Positions 36,944 to 46,841 of a stretch of 64,000 nt of DNA are shown in pieces. Made by a program: the position numbers and the translations under genes. This DNA comes from Candidatus Dadabacteria bacterium UBA1144 (lineage in GTDB: Bacteria; Desulfobacterota_D; UBA1144): contig DCAB01000012.1 of assembly GCA_002311855.1 (NCBI GenBank), positions 196,112 to 260,111 of the forward strand, given 5' to 3'. Numbering within the stretch: position 1 is the first letter of the stretch; each line of letters starts with the position of its first letter. A model generated the notes under the pieces. It did not search any database. It was not told the origin of the DNA and was given only the letters and a program-made list of their open reading frames with translations.

Positions 36944-38981
36944 TTTTTTCTAATTCTGATGAATCGACCGTTAGTTTTTCAAAATTGGAGTTGTTAACCG
37001 GTAAATCAAGAGAATCTCTTAATATTTCGGCAACATCTTTAATTTTGATTGTTTCGTTGTCATGATGTTTTGCGGCATCCTCGAACATGGTGCTACAAAA
37101 AGGACAGGCAACAGCAGCGGTTTTGACTCCGAGGTTTTGAATCTCATCAAACCTGTTCCAGCTAACTCTCGGTGCCTCTTCCTCCATCCAGACCTTTCCT
37201 CCCCCAGCTCCACAGCAAAAGCTGTTTTCCCTACTCCTGTCTAGCTCCTTAATTTCTAATCCGGGTATTGAGGTTAGTATTTCTCTGGGCTCATCAAAAA
37301 TCCTATTGTGCCTCCCTAAATAGCAAGGGTCATGATAAGTTATTTCTTCGTCAATATTTTTTGTGGGAGAGAGTTTTCCTTCTTTGATTAAATTATTTAG
37401 AAACTCGGAATGGCTTACGACCTCAACATCAGAGCCAAAATCAGGGTATTCGTTTTTTAATGTATTAAAACAGTGTGGGCAGTTTGCCACAACCTTTTTT
37501 ACGTTAAACCTTTTCATGGTTTCTATGTTTGTCATCGCTAATTCTTGATAAAGAGCCTCATCGCCCAATCTTCTCGCGGGGTCTCCAGAGCAAGTTTCGC
37601 TGGGTCCCATAATAGCAAATTTTACGCCCGCCTCTTTAAGTAGTTGGGCAATCGTTGATGCAACTTCCTGTCCACGAGGGTCATATGCGCCAAAACAACC
37701 AGTCCAAAAAATTACGTCATAGCTTTCCGCGCTGTCACCTCCTCCGTTTCCAAGAACGGGTGTTCCTTCGGCTTTGGCCCAAGGCGCCCTATCAGATGCC
37801 TCAAACCCCCATGGGTTGCCATAACTTTGAAGTTTTTGAAGTGTCCTAACTGATGGTCCGGTAAGTTTGCCTTCCATGGTAAGGTAGCGCCTCATCTCAA
37901 GTATTTTCCCCATCTGATCAATCAACAGAGGGCACTGTTCAACACATGCGCCACATGTTGTACAAGCATAAAGCTCCTCGGGTGTCACCCATTTTTGGTC
38001 AGGCAAATACTCGGTTTTCATTTGTTCTTTGTTCGCATTTTCGGTAGCAAAATGTCTTAATTTGATTACAATATCTCGGGGAGAAAGGGGCTTGTCGGTT
38101 GCCCAGGCAGGGCAAACGTCGGTGCATCTCCCACACTCAGTACACGTGTATGCATCCAGGACGTCTTTCCAGCTAAAGTCCTCAAATTTCCCGCTTCCAA
38201 AATGTTCTATGTCTTCAGGAATGTTTTCAAAATCTAATTTGGTCATTTTTCCTGTGGGTTCAAGATTTTGAAAAAATACATTAGGAACAGCTGTAAGAAC
38301 ATGGCTGTGTTTTGAATAAGGCAGATAGTTTAAAAAAGCTAAAAGTATACATACGTGGAACCACCAAAAAAACTCTGCTGTAAATGCAATCGTTGTAAGG
38401 TTCGCGTTGGCCAGAAAGAAAGAGGCCCATATAGATGAGATTGGAAGCCAGGACTCCCTCTCTGTTCCCATTGCAATCTCCGATGCTCTAAATCCAAAAT
38501 CAGAAACCATTAAGGCAAAAATTAGGCCCAAAATTACCGCCGCATCGATACTGTTTACCTCTCTTCTTTTGCCGCTCGGGATAACGGTTCTGTTAAGGAC
38601 TCCCATAACAAGTGCAATGAGCACCAAGGCTTCAACTATGTCTAGTATGAGCAAAAAAACTCCCTGTGCGTTTCCTCCTAAAAAGGAGAACATCTCGAAG
38701 TTGGGAACAAACCCCAAAATCAATACCTCCACGGATCCAAATGTAATAATCATAAATCCCCAAAAAAGCATAAAATGCTCAATACCAGCCCAGGCATAGT
38801 TCTTTAAGATTCTTTTTTGACCAAAAACATAAATAAAGATTCCCTTTGTTCTGTCCATCATGCGATCCATTCTGAACGAGGGCCTTTTTGCAGAGAACAT
38901 TATGCGTAAAAAACCATAAACATTTCTTAGTAAAAGCAAAACTGCAAAAAGGATTAAAAGGGATAAAATTGCTGCCTTCAT
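36927..38981 (-). CDS. membrane-anchored Fe-S oxidoreductase: NarI-like multi-TM N-terminal domain fused to an HdrD/GlpC-like domain (2 x 4Fe-4S ferredoxin motifs + 2 CCG domains); EtfD/DsrMK-fusion-like
   Basis: 684 aa with about 230 aa of TM helices, then CTECGRCTDVCP and CTTCGACVEQCP, then cysteine-rich CCG repeats (CFGAYDPRG, CPHCFNTL, DPCYLGRHN, CCGAGGG, CPFCSTM). Confidence 0.75.
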   Translation of the reverse strand: MKAAILSLLILFAVLLLLRNVYGFLRIMFSAKRPSFRMDRMMDRTKGIFIYVFGQKRILKNYAWAGIEHFMLFWGFMIITFGSVEVLILGFVPNFEMFSFLGGNAQGVFLLILDIVEALVLIALVMGVLNRTVIPSGKRREVNSIDAAVILGLIFALMVSDFGFRASEIAMGTERESWLPISSIWASFFLANANLTTIAFTAEFFWWFHVCILLAFLNYLPYSKHSHVLTAVPNVFFQNLEPTGKMTKLDFENIPEDIEHFGSGKFEDFSWKDVLDAYTCTECGRCTDVCPAWATDKPLSPRDIVIKLRHFATENANKEQMKTEYLPDQKWVTPEELYACTTCGACVEQCPLLIDQMGKILEMRRYLTMEGKLTGPSVRTLQKLQSYGNPWGFEASDRAPWAKAEGTPVLGNGGGDSAESYDVIFWTGCFGAYDPRGQEVASTIAQLLKEAGVKFAIMGPSETCSGDPARRLGDEALYQELAMTNIETMKRFNVKKVVANCPHCFNTLKNEYPDFGSDVEVVSHSEFLNNLIKEGKLSPTKNIDEEITYHDPCYLGRHNRIFDEPREILTSIPGLEIKELDRSRENSFCCGAGGGKVWMEEEAPRVSWNRFDEIQNLGVKTAAVACPFCSTMFEDAAKHHDNETIKIKDVAEILRDSLDLPVNNSNFEKLTVDSSELEKNDDTS

Positions 38982-39048
38982 TTAAATCTCAACTTCTGGG
39001 ATTGGACCAACGAAGTTAGTAGTAATACTAATTTGCATACCTTAAAAA

Positions 39049-39912
39049 TCAAGCTCTCGCAGCTTTTGATTTTATTGCGCTAATGATTTTTGGTTTAGAT
39101 TCTTTGGTTAGTGCGTCCTCTAGCTGAGTAAGGTACGTTTTGAAAGACTTAATATTGTTGAGCAAATTGTTTTGATTGGAAAGGAATATCTCGGACCAGA
39201 GACTTTTTGAGCTCGCAGATATTCTGGAATAGTCCTTATAGCTTGTTCCCCCGTAACTTCTTATGGTTTTTCTGGATAGGTGGTAAGTTGTTAGCTTGTC
39301 TAATCCAAAAGATAAGACATGGGGCAGGTGGCTTAAGTATGAAAAAATTCTATCGTGTTCTTTTGGGGAGACCGTAACCACATTGCACCCAAGCTTTTTC
39401 CAGATTTTCTCTATCGTTTTTGAGGATTTTTTTGATCCCACAATCCCTGATATAACAAAAATCCTGCCATAAAAAAGACTAGGGTTGGCGTTCTCGAATC
39501 CACTTTTTTCTGTGCCCGCTATCGGGTGGCCTCCAACAAAATTCACGCCTTTGGGCAGGATTTTTTTCGCCTCCTCAAAAATCGTGTGCTTTGTGCTTCC
39601 TGTGTCCGTAACTATGGATCCCTTCCTCAGTTTAAGTTTGGACAAGCTCGCTAGAATCTTGGGTATTTGGTCAATTGTGACACAAACGAAAACTATGTCG
39701 CTTTTTTCTACTTTATTGTTTTTGTCGTTCTTGCCAAGATAAGTAAAGATTTTGGTTTTTCTGGCCTTTGTTAAAGTTTTTTTGTCTTTATCTATGCCAA
39801 TTATTTGGATACGTTTTTTAAAGACCTTTTTCAATGATAGCGCCAGGGACCCACCTATAAGACCCAGCCCTACAATGGCAACAACCAAAGATTTCTTTTC
39901 TCCGGGCATCAC
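39049..39912 (-). CDS. tyrA: prephenate/arogenate dehydrogenase
   Basis: 287 aa with Rossmann VAIVGLGLIGGSLA and a PDH core; its start shares 1 nt with the hisC stop. Confidence 0.8.
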   Translation of the reverse strand: MMPGEKKSLVVAIVGLGLIGGSLALSLKKVFKKRIQIIGIDKDKKTLTKARKTKIFTYLGKNDKNNKVEKSDIVFVCVTIDQIPKILASLSKLKLRKGSIVTDTGSTKHTIFEEAKKILPKGVNFVGGHPIAGTEKSGFENANPSLFYGRIFVISGIVGSKKSSKTIEKIWKKLGCNVVTVSPKEHDRIFSYLSHLPHVLSFGLDKLTTYHLSRKTIRSYGGTSYKDYSRISASSKSLWSEIFLSNQNNLLNNIKSFKTYLTQLEDALTKESKPKIISAIKSKAARA

Positions 39913-40994
39913 TATATGCTCCCTCGCAGGGATTTGATAAATATCTCGTTTTCTTCTACCGTACCAATTGTAACTCTTAAATAATTTTTTAAACCATAGT
40001 TTTCTAGTGGCCTTGTTATTACTCCTTTTTTTAAAAGTTCCTCATAAATTATTCTTCCTTCTGACTTAAACTCTAAAAGTAGGAAATTTGCATATGAGGG
40101 GTAGGTTTTTATGGAAATTTTATTAAGTTCTGACTTTAAGTAAATCATCCCTTTTCGATTTAGTTCGACGCTGTTTGTTACGTGTTCTTGGTCGGCTAAT
40201 GCCTCAATGGCAGCAGCCTGGGCTAAGGAGTTTACATTAAACGGCTCTCGGGGACGGTTTAGAAAATCAATAATTGTTTTGTTTGCAACGCCGTAACCAA
40301 TTCTTAATCCGGCCAAACCATAAGCTTTAGAAAACGTCTTTAACAAAACAAGGTTTGGGTGGCCTCGAATTTCTTCTGATGAAACAAGGCGATCTTCGGG
40401 GTTCATGTATTGGTGGTAAGCCTCGTCTATCACAATTAAAATCCTGGCCGGTACCCGTTCAAAAAAATTCTTAAGTTTTTCGGTTGAAACCTTTGTTCCG
40501 GTGGGATTGTTTGGATTAGCAAGAAAAATTATTTTGGTTCTATTCGTAATTTTATTCAAGATATCATCTAAGTCGTGGGTCATCTCGGGCATTTCGCTTC
40601 TAACAATAGTGGCCCGTGAAAGCGTGGCAACTATCGGATAAACAATAAAGCAATATTCGCCCATAATTGCCTCATCGTCTTTGTCTAAATAAGCGTGGGC
40701 TATAAGTTCTAGTATTTCATTCGATCCATTTCCTATCAGTAGTTCATTTGGTAAAACATTTTCATGAATAGATATTTGTTTTTTTAAATAAAAACAGTCT
40801 CCGTCTGGATAGAGAGACACCTGGTCAGCAATGCTTCTAATTCTTTCTGTCACTTTTTTAGAGGGGCCCAGGGGATTTTCGTTGGAAGCCAATTTTACCA
40901 CCTTCTGAATTCCTAGTTCTCTTTGTAGTTCTTCGATAGGTTTTCCGGGGCTGTAAATAGGAAGATCGCTTATTCTAATTGATGGGTTGACCAT
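39912..40994 (-). CDS. hisC: histidinol-phosphate aminotransferase (may also serve aromatic aminotransferase role)
   Basis: 360 aa class-II aminotransferase (KLASNENPLGPS, a PLP Lys region KTFSKAYGLAGLRIGY). Confidence 0.85.
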   Translation of the reverse strand: MVNPSIRISDLPIYSPGKPIEELQRELGIQKVVKLASNENPLGPSKKVTERIRSIADQVSLYPDGDCFYLKKQISIHENVLPNELLIGNGSNEILELIAHAYLDKDDEAIMGEYCFIVYPIVATLSRATIVRSEMPEMTHDLDDILNKITNRTKIIFLANPNNPTGTKVSTEKLKNFFERVPARILIVIDEAYHQYMNPEDRLVSSEEIRGHPNLVLLKTFSKAYGLAGLRIGYGVANKTIIDFLNRPREPFNVNSLAQAAAIEALADQEHVTNSVELNRKGMIYLKSELNKISIKTYPSYANFLLLEFKSEGRIIYEELLKKGVITRPLENYGLKNYLRVTIGTVEENEIFIKSLRGSI

Positions 40995-40997
40995 AAA

Positions 40998-42062
40998 TTA
41001 GAATGCTCCAAGTATTTTAAAGTAGGACGTTGCTTTTCTAAGTTTTTCCACGCACCTAGCGGCTTCCTTGTGCTTTTTCCCTACCAAGAAATCTATAAAG
41101 AACAAGTAGTCCCATTGAAGTTTTCTCGATGGCCTAGACTGGATTTTGGTCAGGTTTATCTTTGCATTCTTAAATGGCTGTAGGCATTCGTAGAGGGTGC
41201 CCGGTTTGTGGTCTAGAGAAAAAGCCAGCGAAATTTTTGCTGCAGATGAAAGATTAACACCTTGTTCTTCGTGCTTTATCACAATAAAAATAGTTGTGTT
41301 GTTCTTTTCGTCTTGAATATTGCTTTTTAATAAGTGCAGAGAGTACAGTTTGGCGCAGGCTTTTGGGGCTATCGCGGCTACGTTTTTTAGTTTTGATGCT
41401 GTTAATGCGGCGCTAGAAGTGCTGGTTGTCTCTTTTATTTGGACGTGGGGCAGGTTTCTTTGAATCCACCGCCTGCTTTGTGCTAATGCTTGGGGGTGAG
41501 AGTAAAGAGTTTTAATTTTCTGTAGGCTTTTTTCCTTTGAGACCAGGTTGTGAGTAATCGTTTGTGATCTCTCTGAGATTATTACCACATTTTTATCTGT
41601 TAACCTGTCCAGGGTTTCTCCAATCGGACCTTCTAGTGAATTTTCAATGGGAATCACCCCGAAGTTCGTTTCTCCCCTTTCTACGGATATAAAAATATCT
41701 GAGATGGACGCCTGAGGCAGAAGGGTGGTTGCGCCACCAAAAGTTTTGATTGTTGCCTCGTTTGTGTTGCTGCCTTCTGGGCCAAGATATGAAACCTGGA
41801 CGGGCATTTGAATCTCTCTGCAAACGGAAAGAATTTCCCTGTAGATTTGCTCAAGTCCAGTGTTTGTTATCGGGCCATTGTTTTTTGATTTTATTTTTTT
41901 TAAAATCTTTCCTTCTCTAGTCAGATCTAAAATTGTGTTTGGCTTAAGTTTCGTTGTTTGCTTAGCAAGGGTCGCCCTTTTATTAAGCAGTGTGGTTAGC
42001 TCGTCGTCTACTTTGTCTATTCTGTTTCTGGTTATTATTAGCTTGTCATTTTTGCTCGACAT
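40998..42062 (-). CDS. pheA: bifunctional chorismate mutase / prephenate dehydratase (P-protein); start taken at internal Met (ORF extends to 42134 and would overlap dnaN)
   Basis: CM region RNRIDKVDDELTTLLNKRATLAKQ, a PDT domain with TKIQSRPS (ESRP-type motif) and a C-terminal ACT. Confidence 0.8.
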   Translation of the reverse strand: MSSKNDKLIITRNRIDKVDDELTTLLNKRATLAKQTTKLKPNTILDLTREGKILKKIKSKNNGPITNTGLEQIYREILSVCREIQMPVQVSYLGPEGSNTNEATIKTFGGATTLLPQASISDIFISVERGETNFGVIPIENSLEGPIGETLDRLTDKNVVIISERSQTITHNLVSKEKSLQKIKTLYSHPQALAQSRRWIQRNLPHVQIKETTSTSSAALTASKLKNVAAIAPKACAKLYSLHLLKSNIQDEKNNTTIFIVIKHEEQGVNLSSAAKISLAFSLDHKPGTLYECLQPFKNAKINLTKIQSRPSRKLQWDYLFFIDFLVGKKHKEAARCVEKLRKATSYFKILGAF

Positions 42063-42067
42063 ACTTT

Positions 42068-43198
42068 TTACACTCTCATTGGCATAACAACAGATAGTTG
42101 TTTGTGTGTGTTGTCTTTGTTTGAATATATGCACGCTGGGCTAACTTCGTCAGTAACACAAAAAAAGACCTCTTCTTCTTCAAAAGAGCTTAGCGCCTCT
42201 ATTAGGTATTTAACATTAAAGCCTGCCTCTGTGTTGTTTTGGGCCTCGCTAATTTGGATTGTTTCTGTCGTTTCTCCTTCGTCTGAGGTGCTTCTGATTT
42301 CGATTTCGTTTTTATTTATAAGCATTCGTGCGCCCCTGGCCTTGTCTGACAAAACGACGGAGACCCTCTGTAGGGACTCGAGTAGTTTTTTTCTCTCAAC
42401 TTTAAATGTGTTTGATAAATCGCGTGGTAACACTTGGTTGTACTCTGGAAAATCTACGTCAATTAGCCTGGAAAGAATTGATGTTTGCCCATTGTCGCAA
42501 ACAAAAAAACTTTTTCCAATTCCTATTTGAACGATCTCTGTGTCTTTTATAAACTTTTTCAGCTCGTTTGCCGCTTTTTTTGATAAAACAAAGGACTCCT
42601 GTGTGTTGTTTTCGAGTTCTTCCTCTGCAATACTCATCCTGTGGCCATCTGTTGCGACGAGCCTTATCTTCCCCGGGGTCGTCATGTCAAAAAAAACACC
42701 TGTCAGGTTTTTTCTTAAGTTGTCTCCCCCTACTGCGTAGGCAGTCTTTTGAATTAGCGAGCTTAAGGTGGCGCTTTTGGTTGCCACATAGGTAAAATCC
42801 TCTGGTTTTGGTATTTGTGGAAAATCTTCCGCTGGGAGAGTTTTTATTTTTGTTGTTCCTGTCGTGTGAACAACCTCTAGTTGGTTTGTCTTGTTGGTTG
42901 ATATTTTAACGTCTTCATCTGTTATTTTTTCTGTTATTTCAAGTATTTTTTTTGCTGGTAGGCAAACCGCGCCGTCCTCTTCCGCGTTAATCGGCAGCGA
43001 GGTATAGCTCGTTGATTCTAGGTCCGTAGAGGATAAAAAAAGTCTTCCATCTTTTACTAAAAATAGGACATGTGAGAGTATTAGCATCGTTGATCTTGTA
43101 TCTATAACACCTTGTACATAAAACAAATGTTTAAGTAGCAGTGATTTATTAACAGAGAACCTCATCTCTTCTCCTATTGTAATATTAATATAATACAA
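42068..43198 (-). CDS. dnaN: DNA polymerase III beta sliding clamp
   Basis: 376 aa with three clamp domains, directly downstream of dnaA. Confidence 0.9.
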   Translation of the reverse strand: MYYINITIGEEMRFSVNKSLLLKHLFYVQGVIDTRSTMLILSHVLFLVKDGRLFLSSTDLESTSYTSLPINAEEDGAVCLPAKKILEITEKITDEDVKISTNKTNQLEVVHTTGTTKIKTLPAEDFPQIPKPEDFTYVATKSATLSSLIQKTAYAVGGDNLRKNLTGVFFDMTTPGKIRLVATDGHRMSIAEEELENNTQESFVLSKKAANELKKFIKDTEIVQIGIGKSFFVCDNGQTSILSRLIDVDFPEYNQVLPRDLSNTFKVERKKLLESLQRVSVVLSDKARGARMLINKNEIEIRSTSDEGETTETIQISEAQNNTEAGFNVKYLIEALSSFEEEEVFFCVTDEVSPACIYSNKDNTHKQLSVVMPMRV

Positions 43199-43323
43199 AC
43201 AGTAGTAGTAGTATGTATGTTAATATGTTAAGTAACAAAAAAAAGGGGAAAAACAAACGAGAAACAGCCCACATCTTTTAACGGTAATCAACAAAAAAAA
43301 CAACCACCAAAAAAAAGTCAACA

Positions 43324-44760
43324 TTAATCATCTAGTTTTCCACCGGATATCTTCCTAAGTTTGCTATGAAGAACGCGGATTGGGTTTTCCAGAGAGGGGT
43401 TGTTTGCTAAAACACCTTCAACAGTAGCAACAGAATGAAGAACAGTTGAATGGTCCCTCCCCCCAAACTTTCTGCCAATCTCCAGAAGGGAATCGTCTGT
43501 AAAAATACGAGAAAGATAAATAGCAACCTGCCGAGGCCTTACGACACCCCGTGTTCTTTTTTTCGAGCACATATCTTGAACCGTCGTTCCATAAAAAGAG
43601 GCAACCTCTTTTTGTATAAGTTCTACATTGATTAAGTCAACACTAGAGACAGACGACAACCTAGACGCGACATCAAGAACAAGCCTTTTATTTAGAGGAA
43701 CATTTAGCATGGTAGCCTGGCCGACAACGTTATTAAAAAACCCCTCCAGCTCCCTAATGGATCCACCGGACTTTTCTGCTACAACGAACAACACGTCCTC
43801 GTCGATTCTTAGACCCAAAGAGCGAGCTTTGATTTGAAGTATAGCAACCCTGTGTTCTACGTCGGGGGGCAGGACCTCAACAGAAAAACCCCACTCAAAC
43901 CGCCCTACGAGCCTTTCTTGAATACCCGAAAGACGGTGGGGAGGCTTGTCGCTCGTTATAACAATTTGCTTCCCTGATTCATAAAGAGCATTGAAAGTAT
44001 GAAAAAACTCTTGTTGAGTCCCATCTTTCCCTGAAATAAACTGGATGTCGTCAATTAAAAGGACATCACAATCGAAGCGAAAGGCATCTCGGAGCTCCTT
44101 TTGTTTTCCCCCCCTTATAGAAGAGATAACCCTGTTGGTAAAATGCTCCGCCGTAAGTGAACAAATTTTAAAGTCCTCATTATAAAAATCATAAATCGTG
44201 TTGCCAACCGCATTTAAAAGATGTGTTTTTCCAAGACCCGTCCTTCCATAAATAAAAAGGGGGTTGTAGGATTGACCAGGTTTCTCCGCAACCCTTTCAG
44301 CTGCAATTGCTGCTAACGTGTTTGATGCACCCTTAACAAAACTGGAGAAAGTCTGTGTCCCGTTTAGATGACCTTCTTTGACCCTGGTTAGTCCTCTTTG
44401 TTTTTTTGTGGACGCTTTCTTGATTTTAATTGTAGGCACAGGAGAAATAGCTTCAGATTCAACAATTACTTTCCTCGAACCAAGGTCCTCTTTGGATTCC
44501 TCCTTAAATACTTTGTCGAGAATATGTAGGTAGTGATTGTTTATCCACTCCGCAGTCATCATATCAGAAACAACAAATTTTGCCTCGGTTTCGTTTAAAC
44601 CAACAAGTTTTAAAGTGTAAAAGAAATGCTTTATGCCGGGGTAGTTTTCCGAGATGTTGTCTACGACCATGGCCCCGAGAATATTTTTATCTATTAAATC
44701 AACGTCACCATGTTCTTGTTGCGTCAGACGGGTAGACGAGAAGTCGGCAGCCTTGACCAT
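43324..44760 (-). CDS. dnaA: chromosomal replication initiator DnaA
   Basis: 478 aa with AAA+ Walker A GRTGLGKTHLL, box VII and a C-terminal DNA-binding HTH (RVIAMYL-type region VAIYLSRIFTD). Confidence 0.95.
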   Translation of the reverse strand: MVKAADFSSTRLTQQEHGDVDLIDKNILGAMVVDNISENYPGIKHFFYTLKLVGLNETEAKFVVSDMMTAEWINNHYLHILDKVFKEESKEDLGSRKVIVESEAISPVPTIKIKKASTKKQRGLTRVKEGHLNGTQTFSSFVKGASNTLAAIAAERVAEKPGQSYNPLFIYGRTGLGKTHLLNAVGNTIYDFYNEDFKICSLTAEHFTNRVISSIRGGKQKELRDAFRFDCDVLLIDDIQFISGKDGTQQEFFHTFNALYESGKQIVITSDKPPHRLSGIQERLVGRFEWGFSVEVLPPDVEHRVAILQIKARSLGLRIDEDVLFVVAEKSGGSIRELEGFFNNVVGQATMLNVPLNKRLVLDVASRLSSVSSVDLINVELIQKEVASFYGTTVQDMCSKKRTRGVVRPRQVAIYLSRIFTDDSLLEIGRKFGGRDHSTVLHSVATVEGVLANNPSLENPIRVLHSKLRKISGGKLDD

Positions 44761-44775
44761 TTTGCACCCCCTAGG

Positions 44776-44806
44776 TTGTCCACATTGTGTGGAGAAATGT
44801 GGATAA
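44776..44806. promoter_or_regulatory. cluster of three DnaA boxes immediately upstream of dnaA (autoregulatory site / part of oriC)
   Basis: TTgTCCACA (44776-84), TGTGGAgAA (44788-96) and a perfect TGTGGATAA (44798-806); the first two form a head-to-head TCCACAttgTGTGGA. An AT-rich tract follows at 44880-44980. Confidence 0.6.
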
Positions 44807-44979
44807 AAATGTTAATAATTTAAGCCAGTTAAGTATCACCAGAAAATTATTTTCTCCAGACTTTTCATATTAACAAACAATTAACATTGCGTCTAGAAAT
44901 ATTTATAAAAAATTTTTTTTTCTTAATAATTTGAACTGATTAAAATCAAAATATTTTTATATCAAACTAAGGGGGCTAT

Positions 44980-45603
44980 TTATTTTAACAAGGAAGATAT
45001 AAAAAACCTTATTTCTTTTCCAACTGTTTTTTGACTCGTTTTATTCACCACCAACTTGCAGCAAACTTCTTTTACCACATCAACAACTTTCAAGTTGTTT
45101 TTTTTTATTGTCTCACCTGTTTCGGTTATGTCTACAATAGCATCGGCCAATCCAACCAAGGGTGCCAGCTCAACGGATCCATTAAGGTATACAATTTCCG
45201 GGGATATTTTTTTCTTTGCAAAATATTCTTTTGTAATGTTTGGATATTTTGTACCTATAGTTAAGATTGAGCCAGCCAAAAGTTTCAATTTTTTGTTCTT
45301 TAAACAAGCAAGGACCATTTTGCACTTACCAATAGGCAGCTCGTGTGGCTCGTATATGTCGCAACCTGCCTCTGCAATGCAGTCAGAACCGACGAGACCA
45401 CAATCAGCGGCCCCCAGCTCAACATACTTAGGAACATCCGCTGGTTTACAAATTAAAACTCTAATATTATCTATATCGAAAACTAGCTCCCGAGTATTTT
45501 TTCGAATAGTTTTTGTTGCGTATCCACAATTTTTCATAAGCCGCAGCACTTCTCCAAGTATTCTGCCTTTAGCGATAGCGACTTTTATTCGTTTTTTCTC
45601 CAA
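44980..45603 (-). CDS. hisG: ATP phosphoribosyltransferase (short form)
   Basis: 207 aa with N-terminal IAIAKGRI and a PRPP-binding region (GLADAIVDITETGETI). Confidence 0.85.
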   Translation of the reverse strand: MEKKRIKVAIAKGRILGEVLRLMKNCGYATKTIRKNTRELVFDIDNIRVLICKPADVPKYVELGAADCGLVGSDCIAEAGCDIYEPHELPIGKCKMVLACLKNKKLKLLAGSILTIGTKYPNITKEYFAKKKISPEIVYLNGSVELAPLVGLADAIVDITETGETIKKNNLKVVDVVKEVCCKLVVNKTSQKTVGKEIRFFISSLLK

Positions 45604-46841
45604 ATCTTTGCTCCTAGGCTTTCTAGTTTATTGTCAATTGATTCGTAGCCTCTATCAAGATGATACACTCTATGAATCTCACTTCTTCCACTTGCTGACA
45701 AGGCACCTATCAGCAGAGATGCGCTGGCCCTTAAGTCACTAGCCTGCATGCTTGCCCTAGTTAACCCCCTTACTCCAACGATTGAAGCGATGTTTGCGTC
45801 CAACGATATCTTCGCCCCTAATTTTCTAAGCTCAGCAACATGGATAAATCTGTTTGGAAAGACATTCTCAACAATTTTAGAAGTTCCTCCTGCCAAAATC
45901 AAAACCGACATGAATTGAGCCTGTAAATCGGTCGGGAAAAGAGGGTAGGGACCGGTATCTAGACTTATAGAATTTAAATCATCAGCAGGATGCGTGGAGA
46001 TGGAATTATCTCCTAGCTTGACCACAGAGCCTACACTCTCGGCTGCCTCGATGGCGGAGACAAGGTCATCTGGAGCACACTTGGTAATTTCAATATCATT
46101 TCCCGGAAGACTTGCTAAAGCCAAAAAGGTTCCAGCTTCAATTCTATCAGGTATTACACAATATGGTTCGTTTTGCTTTGACAACGAACTAACGGGAACA
46201 ATTTTAATCGTCCCCCCAGTCTTTGTTATTTTTGCGCCCAACGATGACAGGAAGTTTATTAAGTCCAAAACCTCTGGCTCGCTTGCACAATTGTAAAGAA
46301 CGGTTTCAGATTTAGCGAAAATGGATGCAAGAATAAGATTTTCTGTACCCGTGACTGTTTTGATTTCAAAACGATATGAACCACCGGTATTATTGGAAGT
46401 AAAAGACTCTAGGTACCCCGAAACAATTTCTGTATCGTGCCCTAAAGCTCTAAAGCCTTTCAAGTGTTGATCAACAGGCCTGTCTCCTATGGCACACCCA
46501 CCAGGGAGGGAGATTTTTGCTTTCCCAAACCTGCCAAGCAAAGCACCCCAAATTACAACGGATGCCCGCATCGTTTTTACAAGGTCATACGGGGCCTCCC
46601 ATTTGGAAATTTTCCTGGTATCTATATGAACATCATTTGAATAGAAAGAAAACTCGGCCCCAAGCGTTTCAAGCAGGAGAAGCATCGTGTGTACATCGCT
46701 GATTCTTGGGACGTTCTTTATTGTATACTCTTCTCCAAATAGAGCTGTGGCAGCTAGAATTGGCAACGAGGAATTTTTAGAGCCGGATATTTCTACTGTT
46801 CCTTTTAATTTTGACGGACCTTCAATAATTAGTTTTTCCAT
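45585..46841 (-). CDS. murA: UDP-N-acetylglucosamine 1-carboxyvinyltransferase
   Basis: 418 aa EPSP-synthase-fold protein with an active-site Cys in GGCAIGDRPVDQH. Confidence 0.9.
   Translation of the reverse strand: MEKLIIEGPSKLKGTVEISGSKNSSLPILAATALFGEEYTIKNVPRISDVHTMLLLLETLGAEFSFYSNDVHIDTRKISKWEAPYDLVKTMRASVVIWGALLGRFGKAKISLPGGCAIGDRPVDQHLKGFRALGHDTEIVSGYLESFTSNNTGGSYRFEIKTVTGTENLILASIFAKSETVLYNCASEPEVLDLINFLSSLGAKITKTGGTIKIVPVSSLSKQNEPYCVIPDRIEAGTFLALASLPGNDIEITKCAPDDLVSAIEAAESVGSVVKLGDNSISTHPADDLNSISLDTGPYPLFPTDLQAQFMSVLILAGGTSKIVENVFPNRFIHVAELRKLGAKISLDANIASIVGVRGLTRASMQASDLRASASLLIGALSASGRSEIHRVYHLDRGYESIDNKLESLGAKIWRKNE

Noticed and set aside
39045-39073. Hairpin AAAATCAAGC-tctcgca-GCTTTTGATTTT at the tyrA 3' end
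   Set aside because: Imperfect stem that contains the tyrA stop codon and lies within the coding 3' end; could be a weak terminator but evidence is thin.
45056-45742. 228-aa plus-strand ORF
   Set aside because: Antisense across hisG and the murA 3' end, both of which have clear motifs; Ser/Phe-rich junk translation.
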